NCBI RefSeq assembly: GCF_023055435.1
Contig: NW_025963779.1
Location: 36,270,001 to 36,334,000 of the forward strand
Direction: 5' to 3'
DNA length: 64,000 bases
Source: Haliotis rufescens
Taxonomy: Eukaryota
Part shown: positions 28,060 to 40,020 of the stretch, piece by piece
Numbering within the stretch: the first letter of the stretch is position 1
Layout of the letters: every line of letters starts with the position of its first letter
Made by a program: the position numbers and the translations under genes
The notes under the pieces: generated by a model
Seen by the model: only the letters and a program-made list of their open reading frames with translations
Databases searched by the model: none
What the model was told of the DNA's origin: nothing

Positions 28060-28958
28060 GGCAGAGAGACATGCAAGTTGTATACTTATACCACAAGTTA
28101 TTGGCTTGAAATACTCCCATGTGGTTGTGCAATTGACTGTGAAAGGGAGACAACTCCTGTATCCTTATAGTCAACGAACCAGTTGTTGGAAGACCGTGTG
28201 TCCTATGTTGGATGGTTATACAAAAATACACAATCGTAATGATATAAGGATCAATCACATTTCATTGAAAGTTGGACAAATTGAATAAAATGCTTTCTGG
28301 GGAAACTATTTTAGTTTAAATCTATACCATCATGTTTACTTGAATTAACTCCACATCATTGTGATCTCCTGGTGCACATTCATGGAAGTTTTATCAGCCT
28401 GGTTGAATACGCTGAATGTGGGTTGAACATGCTTATTTATATTGCAACTGAATTCTAGGAAATATGCACGAACGTGGCTGCCAATGGAGACGTAGAAAAA
28501 GACATGTAAATACAAACAACAATAGGGTGGATGCCCGAAAAAGAAACTCGCTCCCAATGAAAAGTTTTATTTGACTGTTGAATGGATGTTTGATGCGAAA
28601 TAAGGGAGTCTTATATATATATACAGTAACGTGGCATTAAAATGACACTGTCTGTCCCGATGTTGTATTGCAGCGAACATTGTAATATATAAAGGAATGA
28701 TTCTCAAAACAAGTTAAACGCAAAAGGATGAAACGCATCTAATGGGTGAAAGCATTTTCTAGTGTGTGCCATTGATGAGAAAAAACAGCATTCATCGGAC
28801 ATATACAATTCTAAATACCGGTAAGTCAAGTGGAAATGTTATTTTAGATGATAGTTAATCATTCTTTCTGTCTGCGAAATTAATATTTTTTGTCTTGTTA
28901 ATTTGTAAGTTGAAATCAAAACATGTCCAAAGTGGAACTGCCCAAAGGCAAAAATAGG

Positions 28959-29091
28959 AAAAAGGTGAGTATCGAGTTAGCGTGGTGGTATCCCCGCGGT
29001 TCGACCGAGGTTTCCCCAACAAGGATAGATCCAATGCTTTAGGCTCAGTGGAAGTAAGTCAACAATCATCCCACCATGCCACGGCTCACCC
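28959..29091 (-). ncRNA. Type B copy (P3 U-G variant)
   Basis: Same core. Confidence 0.65.
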
Positions 29092-30259
29092 GGCAGAGAT
29101 ACAGGCAAGTTGTATACTTATACCACAGGTTAGTAGCTTGAAATACTCCCATGTGGTTGTGCAATTAGCCGCACAAGGGATATAATTCATGTAGCACTGA
29201 TCAAGTATTAGTCAATTTGAGGATGGAGCGTCCCGTTTCCGATATTGAAATGAAAACGTCAAAGATAACCAAAATACGGTGAGACATTATTTCAGCTTTA
29301 GTCCTAAAAATGTAATAAAATGCTTTCTGAGGAAATAGTTATAGTTTAAATCGATGTCATCCCGTTTATTTGCATAAACTCGCCATCATTGGGATATCTT
29401 GAATGCAAATACATGAACGATTTGACAGCCTGGTTGAAGAAGTTGAATGTAGGTTGAACATGGTTATTTTGAGTGCAAGTGAATCGCAAGAAACGTTCGT
29501 GTAGCTGCCAGTGAAGATATAGAAATGAACACGTACATAAGTAAACAATAATGAAAGTGGATACCCACACGAGACTGGTGTCGTAGTCAATGTAACAATC
29601 ATTCATGACTGTTGACTTGATGTTTGATTTAAGCTTTAAGCGTCGTAGTAATGCGGAGAAGTATTTCTACACAATTACGCGGCATTATCATGGGAATGTT
29701 TGTTTTTTCATGAGGTAACTCAGCGATTAGGGCACTATATGAATGAGTGATTGTTGAAGTTAGGAAAATGATTTCGGACATTTCATGCGAAAAAGAAAGT
29801 TTAGCATTGTAAATAGCATAGGACTTGAATACGGTTATAGTTTGTAACATTAGACATCTCTAACTAATTGAACATTGACACATTATGTACGCTTTTGTTA
29901 TAGATGCGAGTAAAGGGTTATCAAGGAACTGCATACTCGTTCGCTTATTCTTTAAATTTGCACTATTCATGGCGATATTTACCTAACACAAGTTGACATT
30001 TTAACCTAGAATTTGGAAACGTACACAATGAATGAAGACGCTCATGTTGTAAGTAATAACTGGAAAAAGAATCGCGGTTAGAAGAAAAGAATACAAATAC
30101 TTAACAACAGTAAATTAAGTGAACATTATAATTTAGATGATATTAAGTGAGACACAGAGAGACACTATCTGTTTGCTCAATAAATGTGTTTTGTATTGTT
30201 AAATTGTAAGATGAGATCAAAACATGTGCAACGTATAACTGCCCAAAGGCAAAACTAGG

Positions 30260-30390
30260 AAAAAGGTGAGTATCGAGTTAGCATGGTGGTATCCCCGCGG
30301 TTCGACCGAGGTTTCCCCAACGAGGATAGATCCAATGCTTTAGGCTCAGTGGAAAGAAGTCAATCAAACCCACCATGCCACGGCTCACCC
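30260..30390 (-). ncRNA. Type A copy with a lesion in the upstream conserved block
   Basis: Same core; upstream aaatcctccat instead of aaatactcccat. Confidence 0.55.
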
Positions 30391-31287
30391 GGCAGAGATA
30401 CATGCAAGTTCTATACTTATACCACAGGTTATTGGCTTGAAATCCTCCATGTGGTTGTGCAATTGACTGTGAAAGGGAGACAACTCCTGTATCCTTATAG
30501 TCAACGAACCAGTTTTTGGAAGACCGTGTGTCCTATGTTGGATGGTTATGCAAAAATACACAATCGTAATGATATAAGGATAAATCTAATTTCATTGAAA
30601 GTTGGACAAATTGAATAAAATGCTTTCTGGGGAAACTATTTTAGTTTAAATCTATACCATCATGTTTACTTGAATTAACTCCACATCATTGTGATCTTCT
30701 GGTGCACATTCATGGAAGTTTTATCAGCCTGGTTGAATACGCTGAATGTGGGTTGAACATGCTTATTTATATTGCAACTGAATTCTAGGAAATATGCACG
30801 AATGTGGCTGCCAATGGAGACGTAGAAAAGGACATGTAAATACAAACAACAATAGGGTGGATGCCCGAAAAAGAAACTCGCTCCCAATGTAAAAGTTTTA
30901 TTTGACTGTTGAATGGATGTTGGATGCGAAATAGGGGAGTCTTATATATATACAGTAACGTGGCATTAAAATGACACTGTCTGTCCCGATGTTGTATTAC
31001 AGCGAACATGGTAATATATAAAGGAATGATTGTCAAAACAAGTTAAACGCAAAAGGATGAAACGCATCTAATGGGTGAAAGCATTTTCTAGTGTGTGCCA
31101 TTGATGCGAAAAAACAACATTCATCGGACATATACAATACTAAATACCGGTAAGTCAAGTGGAAATGTTATTTTAGATAATAGTTAATCATTCTTTCTGT
31201 CTGCAAAATTAATATTTTTTGTCTTGTTAATTTGTAAGTTGAAATCAAAACATGTCCAAAGTGGAACTGCCCAAAGGCAAAAATAGG

Positions 31288-31420
31288 AAAAAGGTGAGTA
31301 TCGAGTTAGCGTGGTGGTATCCCCGCGGTTCGACCGAGGTTTCCCCAACAAGGATAGATCCAATGCTTTAGGCTCAGTGGAAGTAAGTCAACAATCATCC
31401 CACCATGCCACGGCTCACCC
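31288..31420 (-). ncRNA. Type B copy (P3 U-G variant)
   Basis: Same core. Confidence 0.65.
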
Positions 31421-32590
31421 GGCAGAGATACAGGCAAGTTGTATACTTATACCACAGGTTAGTAGCTTGAAATACTCCCATGTGGTTGTGCAATTAGCCG
31501 CACAAGGGATATAACTCAATTTACACTGATCAAGTATTAGTCAATATGAGGATGGGGCGTCCCGTTTCCGATATTGAAATGAAAACGTCAAAGATTACAA
31601 AAATACGGTGAGACATTATTTCAGCTTTAGTCCTAAAAATGTAATAAAATGCTTTCTGAGGAAATAGTTATAGTTTAAATCGATGTCATCCCGTTTATTT
31701 GCATAAACTCGCCTTCATTGGGATATCTTGAATGCAAATACATGAACGATTTGACAGCCTGGTTGAAGAAGTTGAATGTAGGTTGAACATGGTTATTTTG
31801 AGTGCAAGTGAATCGCAAGAAACGTTCGTGTAGCTGCCAGTGAAGATATAGAAATGAACACGTACATAAGTAAACAATAATGAAAGTGGATACCCACACG
31901 AGAGACTGGTGTCGTAGTCAATGTAACAATCATTAATGACTGTTGACTTGATGTTTGATTTAAGCTTTAAGCGCCGTAGTAATGCGGAGAAGTATTTCTA
32001 CACAATTACGCGGCATTATCATGGGAATGTTTGATTTTTCATGAGGTAACTCTGCGATTAGGGCACCATATGAATGAGTGATTGTTGAAGTTAGGAAAAT
32101 GATTTCGGACATTTCATGCGAAAAAGAAAGTTTAGCATTGTAAATAGCATGGGACTTGAATACGGTTATAGTGTGTAACATTAGACATCTCTAACTAATT
32201 GAACATTGACACATTATGTACGCTTTTGTTATAGATGCGAGTAAAGGGTTATCAAGGAAATGCATACTCGTTCGCTTATTCTTTAAATCTGCACTATTCA
32301 TGGCGAAATTTACCTAACACAAGTTGACATTTTAACCTAGAATTTGGAAACGTACACAATGAATGAAGACGCTCATGTTGTAAGTAATAACTGGAAAAAG
32401 AATCGCGGTTAGAAGAAAAGAATACAAATACTTAACAACAGTAAATCAAGTGAACATTATAATTTAGATGATATTAAGTGAGACACAGAGAGACACTATC
32501 TGTTTGCTCAATAAATGTGTTTTGTCTTGTTAATTTGTAAGATGAGATCAAAACATGTGCAACGTATAACTGCCCAAAGGCAAAACTAGG

Positions 32591-32721
32591 AAAAAGGTGA
32601 GTATCGAGTTAGCATGGTGGTATCCCCGCGGTTCGACCGAGGTTTCCCCAACAAGGATAGATCCAATGCTTTAGGCTCAGTGGAAAGAAGTCAATCAAAC
32701 CCACCATGCCACGGCTCATCC
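32591..32721 (-). ncRNA. Type A copy
   Basis: Same core; mismatch in the terminal stem and the P3 variant otherwise seen in B copies. Confidence 0.55.
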
Positions 32722-32862
32722 GGCAGAGATACATGCAAGTTGTATACTTATACCACAGGTTAGTGGCTTGAAATACTCCCATGTGGTTGTGCAATTTACT
32801 GTGAAAGGGAGACAACTCCTGTATCCTTATAGTCAACGAACCAGTTGTTGGAAGACCGTGTG

Positions 32863-33131
32863 AGTTGGGTTTAACGCCGCTTTTAACAGTATTCCAGTCA
32901 TATCGCGGCGTGTCAGCTTAATGTGGGAGGAAAGCCCGAAGTGATGCAGGTCTTAGACATTTACCACTTCGGTGAAACCCACGAGCACGGGTATGGTGCT
33001 GACAAACCTAGAAACATAATTGGGGCGAACCAAGATTCGAACCCACAATCATAGGTTTCTGGCGTGCCCAAGGGACGCAACTCTGCACAGCGAATCGCGG
33101 CGCCTTAGACGACTGGGCCACCCGTGCCCCC
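32863..33131 (-). mobile_element. tRNA-headed SINE (family S1) inserted into one array unit
   Basis: Absent from all other units; perfect 13-bp TSD ggaagaccgtgtg at 32850-32862 and 33132-33144; A box TGGCCCAGTCG, B box GGTTCGAATC; homologous copies in the right half of the window. Confidence 0.95.
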
Positions 33132-33901
33132 GGAAGACCGTGTGTCCTATGTTGGATGGTTATGCAAAAATATATAATCGTAATGATATAAGGATAAATC
33201 ACATTTCATTGAAAGTTGGACAAATTGAAGAATATGCTTTCTGGGGAAACTATTTGAGTTAAAATCTATACCATCATGTTTACTTGAATAAACTCCACAT
33301 CATTGTGATCTCCCGGTGCACATTCATGGAAGTTTTATCAGCCTGGTTGAATACGCTGAATGTGGGTTGAACATGCTTATTTATATTGCAACTGAATTCT
33401 AGGAAATATGCACGAACGTGGCTGCCAATGGAGACGTAGAAAAAGACATGTAAATACAAACAACAATAGGGTGGATGCCCGAAAAAGAAACTAGCTCCCA
33501 ATGTAAAAGTTTTATTTGACTGTTGAATGGATGTTGGATGCGAAATAGGGGAGTCTTATATATATACAGTAACGTGGCATTAAAATGACACTGTCTGTCC
33601 CGATGTTGTATTACAGCGAACATGGTAATATATAAAGGAATGATTGTCAAAACAAGTTAAACGCAAAAGGATGAAACGCATCTAATGGGTGAAAGCATTT
33701 TCTAGTGTGTGCCATTGATGCGAAAAAACAACATTCATCGGACATATACAATACTAAATACCGGTAAGTCAAGTGGAAATGTTATTTTAGATAATAGTTA
33801 ATCATTCTTTCTGTCTGCAAAATTAATATTTTTTGTCTTGTTAATTTGTAAGTTGAAATCAAAACATGTCCAAAGTGGAACTGCCCAAAGGCAAAAATAG
33901 G

Positions 33902-34034
33902 AAAAAGGTGAATATCGAGTTAGCGTGGTGGTATCCCCGCGGTTCGACCGAGGTTTCCCCAACGAGGATAGATCCAATGCTTTAGGCTCAGTGGAAGTAA
34001 GTCAACAATCATCCCACCATGCCACGGCTCACCC
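33902..34034 (-). ncRNA. Type B copy
   Basis: Same core; G-C to G-U change in the terminal stem. Confidence 0.6.
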
Positions 34035-35193
34035 GGCAGAGATACAGGCAAGTTGTATACTTATACCACAGGTTAGTAGCTTGAAATACTCCCATGTGGT
34101 TGTGCAATTAGCCGCACAAGGGATATAACTCAATTTACACTGATCAAGTATTAGTCAATTTGAGGATGGGGCGTCCCGTTTCCGATATTGAAATGAAAAC
34201 GTCAAAGATTACAAAAATACGGTGAGACATTATTTCAGCTTTAGTCCTAAAAAAATGTAATAAAATGCTTTCTGAGGAAATAGTTATAGTTTAAATCGAT
34301 GTCATCCCGTTTATTTGCATAAACTCGCCTTCATTGGGATATCTTGAATGCAAATACATGAACGATTTGACAGCCTGGTTGAAGAAGTTGAATGTAGGTT
34401 GAACATGGTTATTTTGAGTGCAAGTGAATCGCAAGAAACGTTCGTGTAGCTGCCAGTGAAGATATAGAAATGAACACGTACATAAGTAAACAATAATGAA
34501 AGTGGATACCCACACGAGAGACTGGTGTCGTAGTCAATGTAACAATCATTAATGACTGTTGACTTGATGTTTGATTTAAGCTTTAAGCGTCGTAGTAATG
34601 CGGAGAAGTATTTCTACACAATTACGCGGCATTATCATGGGAATGTTTGATTTTTCATGAGGTAACTCTGCGATTAGGGCACCATATGAATGAGTGATTG
34701 TTGAAGTTAGGAAAATGATTTCGGACATTTCATGCGAAAAAGAAAGTTTAGCATTGTAAATAGCATGGGACTTGAATACGGTTATAGTGTGTAACATTAG
34801 ACATCTCTAACTAATTGAACATTGACACATTATGTACGCTTTTGTTATAGATGCGAGTAAAGGGTTATCAAGGAACTGCATACTCGTTCGCTTATTCTAT
34901 AAATTTGCACTATTCATGGCGAAATTTACCTAACACAAGTTGACATTTTAACCTAGAATTTGGAAACGTACACAATGAATGAAGACGCTCATGTTGTAAG
35001 TAATAACTGGAAAAAGAATCGCGGTTGGAAGAAAAGAATACAAATACTTAACAACAGTAAATTAAGTGAACATTATAATTTAGTTGATATTAAGTGAGAC
35101 ACAGAGAGACACTATCTGTTTGCTCAATAAATGTGTTTTGTCTTGTTAATTTGTAACATGTGCAACGTATAACTGCCCAAAGGCAAAGCTAGG

Positions 35194-35280
35194 AAAAAGG
35201 TGAGTATCGAGTTAGCATGGTGGTATCCCCGCGGTTCAGTTGAAAGAAGTCAATCAAACCCACCATGCCACGGCTCACCC
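35194..35280 (-). pseudogene. Terminal type A copy with a 44-nt internal deletion and a decayed upstream block
   Basis: gcggttc|agttgaaag junction removes 44 nt; TATA retained, upstream block degraded; marks the end of the array. Confidence 0.75.
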
Positions 35281-37137
35281 GGCAGAGATACAGGGAAGCT
35301 GTATACTTATATCAGCACGTTTGTGTTGTAGAAAGGAGATAACTCACTGAGATACTTATACCAGTTGAGATACCGCTTGGTCAAACGTTTAGGATCTAAA
35401 AGTGAAATTATCTAAATGGAAACGTTCCATTTTCACCCCTGGAATTTGTTCTTTCAGATATGTATAGTATGGGAAAGGCTTAGACTTCCTTGTATGAAGA
35501 TTATTATAAGAAACTTTTGATGTCTTTACAAGACAGCTTTGAGATACTTTGTTTCCAAAATGGATTATTATGTTGTCGTTGTTTTTAATTTTTAATTGTT
35601 CGATAGATATTCATTTGTTCATTTATAAAATTAAAAGAATAAAATCCAAATGGAGCCAAGATCAATGCTTAATTGCAGAACTGAGGCCATCTTCGACTTG
35701 CAAAATAATTCTAGACTTGAATTGGATTATTTATGTTGGTGCCAAGTGTTGTATTTATACTATATATTTTGGTTATTTCAGGTATACTGTATAATTTTTA
35801 CTGATAAGTCTATGAATGTACCGGGTTTCCGGGTGTTATTGGAAGTCTATTTCCCCTGCCTCAACTATGCCGCCGTGGTTGTTTTGGAATTTCCTGCCTG
35901 ATAAAACAAGGAAAAAGAGGTTGGTAATTACCTGGTAATGTTCTGAGGAGTGACATATTTTTAATAATATCCGAAAAGCTTTTCTTTGTCCATAATATAT
36001 GACAACATCTCCTGTCTCACCTTCCCATGGGTGGGTTAGATCAAATGAAGCACGTAAGGAGAGAAGTTCAACTTTTCATGTTTTGTCAGTTGAATGTTAT
36101 TTTACGTTACAGTCAAAATAGTTCCACCTACTTCATATTGAAAATGTCACAAGAAATCCCACGGAAACACAGCCATTTTGTTCTGGGACTTATTCTACTC
36201 CGGAATCCTCACGGGAAGACAGACATTTTGTACTGAGCCTCCCAGAGTTTTCACGACTCAACAGAGGTGTGAATCCAATATCTGACTGAATATCTGATGC
36301 AATAGATTGTATCACTTGTTGCAATAATGAAACAACCTTTGGCTATGTTTCATATTAAACGACTAGTTAATGCAACTTTACGGCCTCGATATATCCAAGT
36401 AGCGTGGTCACCCCACAAAAAAAGAACATAAAAAATCATAACTGTGTTCCCATTGTTTTTTTTATTACTATTCATGGGTAAAGATCTTTATATAAATGCA
36501 TACTGTACAAGCTGGACTCACGAACACACAAAACAGAATATCTCACCAAACAAATAGTTACACGATGGTGAATATGAAATACCTGCGAAGACTGACATAC
36601 CTGAAAATTGCACATTCGCCAATAACCATAGTTCATCTATTAATACATGTATTTAGATCAGATTTGTAAAGTCATGAAATATATTGAAGAAATGTTTCTC
36701 ATCACAGTGCGGGTCAAAGCAAAACATTCCTTGTGAACGATGTTTCGTCACGGCTACGAATCACAGTTGGTTTTGTAGGGTAAAGACATCCGATTCTAAC
36801 ATTGTCTGTAAACGCCAAAGTGTCCGGATTTTAACGCAAGAGCCATCTTTCCTTGAATAAACTCAATCTCCTATCGTGATTAGTACATGTAATTAGTTTG
36901 TTTGAACCGAAGAAGCTGATGAAAGTCTGGTGATCCGCTATCTTAATAATACTATGACGAGAAACATTTTTGTCCAATTGCCATTATTGTCAAATGGTCC
37001 AACCATTAGCAGATGACGACAGGTTATTTGAATAGAAAATAGTTTTTTTTTGTATATCAGGAAACCCATTAATGAGGATAGCTTTCATACATACATGTTA
37101 TCGACACACCGTTCCGCTTCTACACTGTGGCAGGCAA

Positions 37138-37267
37138 GGGACCGACCATTTCATTTTCTGCCTGTGGGCTGTTTGTTGTTTTTTGGAGATTTTCGGTCGC
37201 TGCCTCAATTGATTCAATCCTGCATTTTATTAACTTTATCCCCCTAAAATATTAAATGGTCGGTCCC
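37138..37267. mobile_element. MITE-like element
   Basis: 14-bp perfect terminal inverted repeat gggaccgaccattt / aaatggtcggtccc. Confidence 0.6.
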
Positions 37268-37347
37268 AAAGATAATGAATACATATGCAGATGTTGGATG
37301 AATCATCTGGTTAATATACCCCCTCACCTTTGTTCATTATATAAAAC

Positions 37348-37594
37348 GACCGCCTCCGTGGTCTTGTGGTAGAGCGGAAGGTCGAGGGTTCGATCCCCGC
37401 CGCGTCATACGTAAGACGTTAAAAGATAGTACTTGTTGTTACGCTGCCTTGCGCTCGGCATTAAGGGGCTAATACAAGGACTGGTCTGTTAGGAGTTAGT
37501 ATACTCTGTCTGAGTAGGATATTCGTGTTAAACTGCGACATGGTATCTCGGTGGGCTAGCACTGAAAAAAACAGCACTAGTCCGGACTAGTGCA

Positions 37595-37631
<37 letters not shown>

Positions 37632-37664
37632 GTGCATGCACGTCGCGATGTAAGTGCAATAATC
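37348..37664 (+). mobile_element. tRNA-headed SINE family S4 (probably Meta/MESC-domain type)
   Basis: A/B boxes, body homologous to 47652-48009 and 61116-61340, (CA)n tract. Domain name is from memory. Confidence 0.8.
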
Positions 37665-38370
37665 GAGGATCATAATTGGGAAGAACCCGGGGATCAAAAC
37701 CAGAGAGTACCGAGGCTCAAAACCGGTAAAAACCCGAGGCTTAAAACCGGAGAGAACCAACAACGAGCGGATCCTGGCACGGGTGATCATTATCAGAAAA
37801 AGTGACTTCTTTTGGAACAAATATGATGACTATGAAGTTGATATTCGATTTTAATTGTGCCCGAAATATCGAGGCCAGTTTTTTCCCAACTACAAACATG
37901 TATCACTGTCGTGTTTGTAGCGCGACGAGCATGTTTTATGTACATGTATCTCTGAATGTGATAAATACTTAGACAGTTACAGAATGTTAATTCAGGTATG
38001 TAAACTCAAAGGAAAATGTAACTGTGATCCTAACGAGTTATTAATAACTGTACATCAATACTAATTATGATGAAATGGACAGTATGACTATACAGATCGA
38101 CCATTCACTTTTCAAGACAAATCAGGGTACTTTCATCATGTTATACATTTGACTGAGGGCAAAAGAGTCAAAAGTCACACCTCAATTTTTCAGATGTTAA
38201 ACAATACGAATACGGAATTAAGATAAGCAGATATTTCACTATCCTATCGTGTGTAAAGAACAAGAATATTGCAAGATATATATTTCAGATTTTTTTAAAA
38301 TACATACTTTTGAAAATTCATCTTGAAAACTAAAATTAAACAGTCAAACGCCAGTTCTTAAAATCTTCAG

Positions 38371-38527
38371 AGTGAGTATGGTTTTACGCCGTTTTAGCAA
38401 TATTCCAGCAATATCACTGCGGGGGACTCTAGAAATGGGCTTCACACTTTGTATTCATGTGGGAAGTCGAACCCTGGTCTTCGGCGTGACGAGAGAACGC
38501 TTTAACCACTTGGCTTCCCCATCGCCC
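38371..38527 (-). mobile_element. tRNA(Asp)-like headed SINE family S3
   Basis: Homologous to 42246-42410; same 3' tail. Confidence 0.8.
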
Positions 38528-39032
38528 AAATAGGACGGAAAGGAGTTCTCCAATATGCGCCTCTAAACAATCGCCATATAGAAAATATAAACAGGGCAGT
38601 TACTTTTGCCTCTGAGTATACATTCTGTTAATGCCTTTCTGCTGCCATTCAATGCCTGGCATCTTGTCTTGTCTTAGAGAGTGTACACAGAGACGGTCAT
38701 GGCGACACGTAACATGGGCACCAAATACAGGAACCAGTAGGTTACAAACACAAGCTGCCTAGCTGGACAATTAACAGTATGAAAAATGTTGAAGGATCAT
38801 ATTTCTCAATGGTTTTAATTCAAAACAATGCATATTTGTACAGTTAAACCAGGAACTGCATCTGAGTCATCAAGTTATTTGGCCATAGGAAACAATCTTT
38901 GGCACGGTTAAATGACTTACATGCGTGTCTGTAGGGGCGAGGGCCTATATAACAGCTATGGCTGGGAGGGTGTGGCAGGAGAAGATCGTCGCGACATGCG
39001 TGGACATGAGAAGATCGTCGCGACATGCGTGG

Positions 39033-39301
39033 TTGGTTGGTTGGTTGGTTGGTATTTTAACGCCGCACTCAGCAATATTCCAGCTAGTTGACGGCGGTCT
39101 GTAAATAATCAATGCTGGACCAGACAATCCAGTGATTGATATCATGATCATCCATCCACGCAATTGGGATCGATGACATGCGTCAACCAAGTCAGCGAGC
39201 CTGACCACCCGATCCCGCTAGTCGCCTTTTACGACAAGCATAGTCACCTTTTACGGCAAGCATGGGTCGCTGAAGACCTTTTCTACCCCGGATCTTCACG
39301 G
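39033..39301 (-). mobile_element. Short retroposon family S2 (no tRNA head)
   Basis: 16-bp TSD gtcgcgacatgcgtgg at 39017-39032 and 39302-39317; (CAAC)n tail; many copies in the window. Confidence 0.9.
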
Positions 39302-39389
39302 GTCGCGACATGCGTGGAATGGCTATGTATAAGACATTCAGTCTATGTTGACTGGTTTGGAGAAGAAGGGCCATGGAATGGGACAGAGG

Positions 39390-40020
39390 AATGAACGAAA
39401 TTTTTCAAATACAGATTGACCAGGTTATAGGAAAAATGTTGTACATTTCCAGACATTGTCTGAATCGAGTCCAAGGCCAATACGAAATATATTTTTCGTT
39501 GTCATGTGCAGTGGTAATTGTTTAACTTCTGGGTGTAAGTTCCAGTTTTGGTTCAGTTCGATGTTAGATGGTTGGAGTATGGTGAAGAGAGCGTTATTAC
39601 AGAGGCTAGATATCTTAACGCTTTTGACAAGTGTGGTCCTGGATGGGCGACATCGCTTTACATCTAACGAATTGTCCATCAATGTAGACGGGGGCCTGGG
39701 CTTGAGATGATAGTACCAGATATGGTTTGAGTCGGGTGGATGAGGGATGGGTGTGAGTTTGGCTGGATGTGGGGGTGATGGTTGGGAGTGGGAATGTATG
39801 GGGGGTGGGGGGTGGTGATGGTTGGGAGTGGGAATGTATTGGGGGAGTGATGTTTGGGAGTGGGAGTTGGGTTGACGTATCACCACATCCGCTTGGATCA
39901 GGACTCGTCTAACACCTGGACAGTTGGAATGAAGAAGGTTGAGCAGCTTCTTTAAGGCACAGAGTGAGAGGTAGGTACTACATCAGCTGTGTCGGACAGT
40001 CGTATCAAGGTCTCACGTTG
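39390..40020 (-). mobile_element. Possible decayed CR1/L2-group LINE 3' fragment, interrupted by a G-rich tract
   Basis: Translation ...YHLKPRP...PSRTT...QNWNLHPEVK resembles LINE ORF2 C-termini; stop codons present. Confidence 0.35.

Larger units (their letters stand above)
1..35345. repeat. Tandem array of ~2.33-kb dimeric (A+B) units, ~15 periods, each sub-unit carrying a putative small Pol III RNA gene; continues beyond the left edge
   Basis: Sequence and ORF track recur every ~2330 bp. A and B sub-units (~1.0 and ~1.3 kb) are visibly homologous but diverged in their spacers and nearly identical in a ~230-bp core. Confidence 0.98.

Noticed and set aside
132-34797. Recurrent 60-150 aa ORFs in the array (MVVSPRFDRG..., MGASFFFG..., MWVSTF..., MLQTITV...)
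   Set aside because: They appear and disappear between near-identical units through stops and indels, show no recognisable domains, and many use non-ATG starts.
39740-39875. G-rich tract and His/Pro-rich ORF 39425-39886
   Set aside because: Low-complexity repeat inside a decayed element, not a gene.
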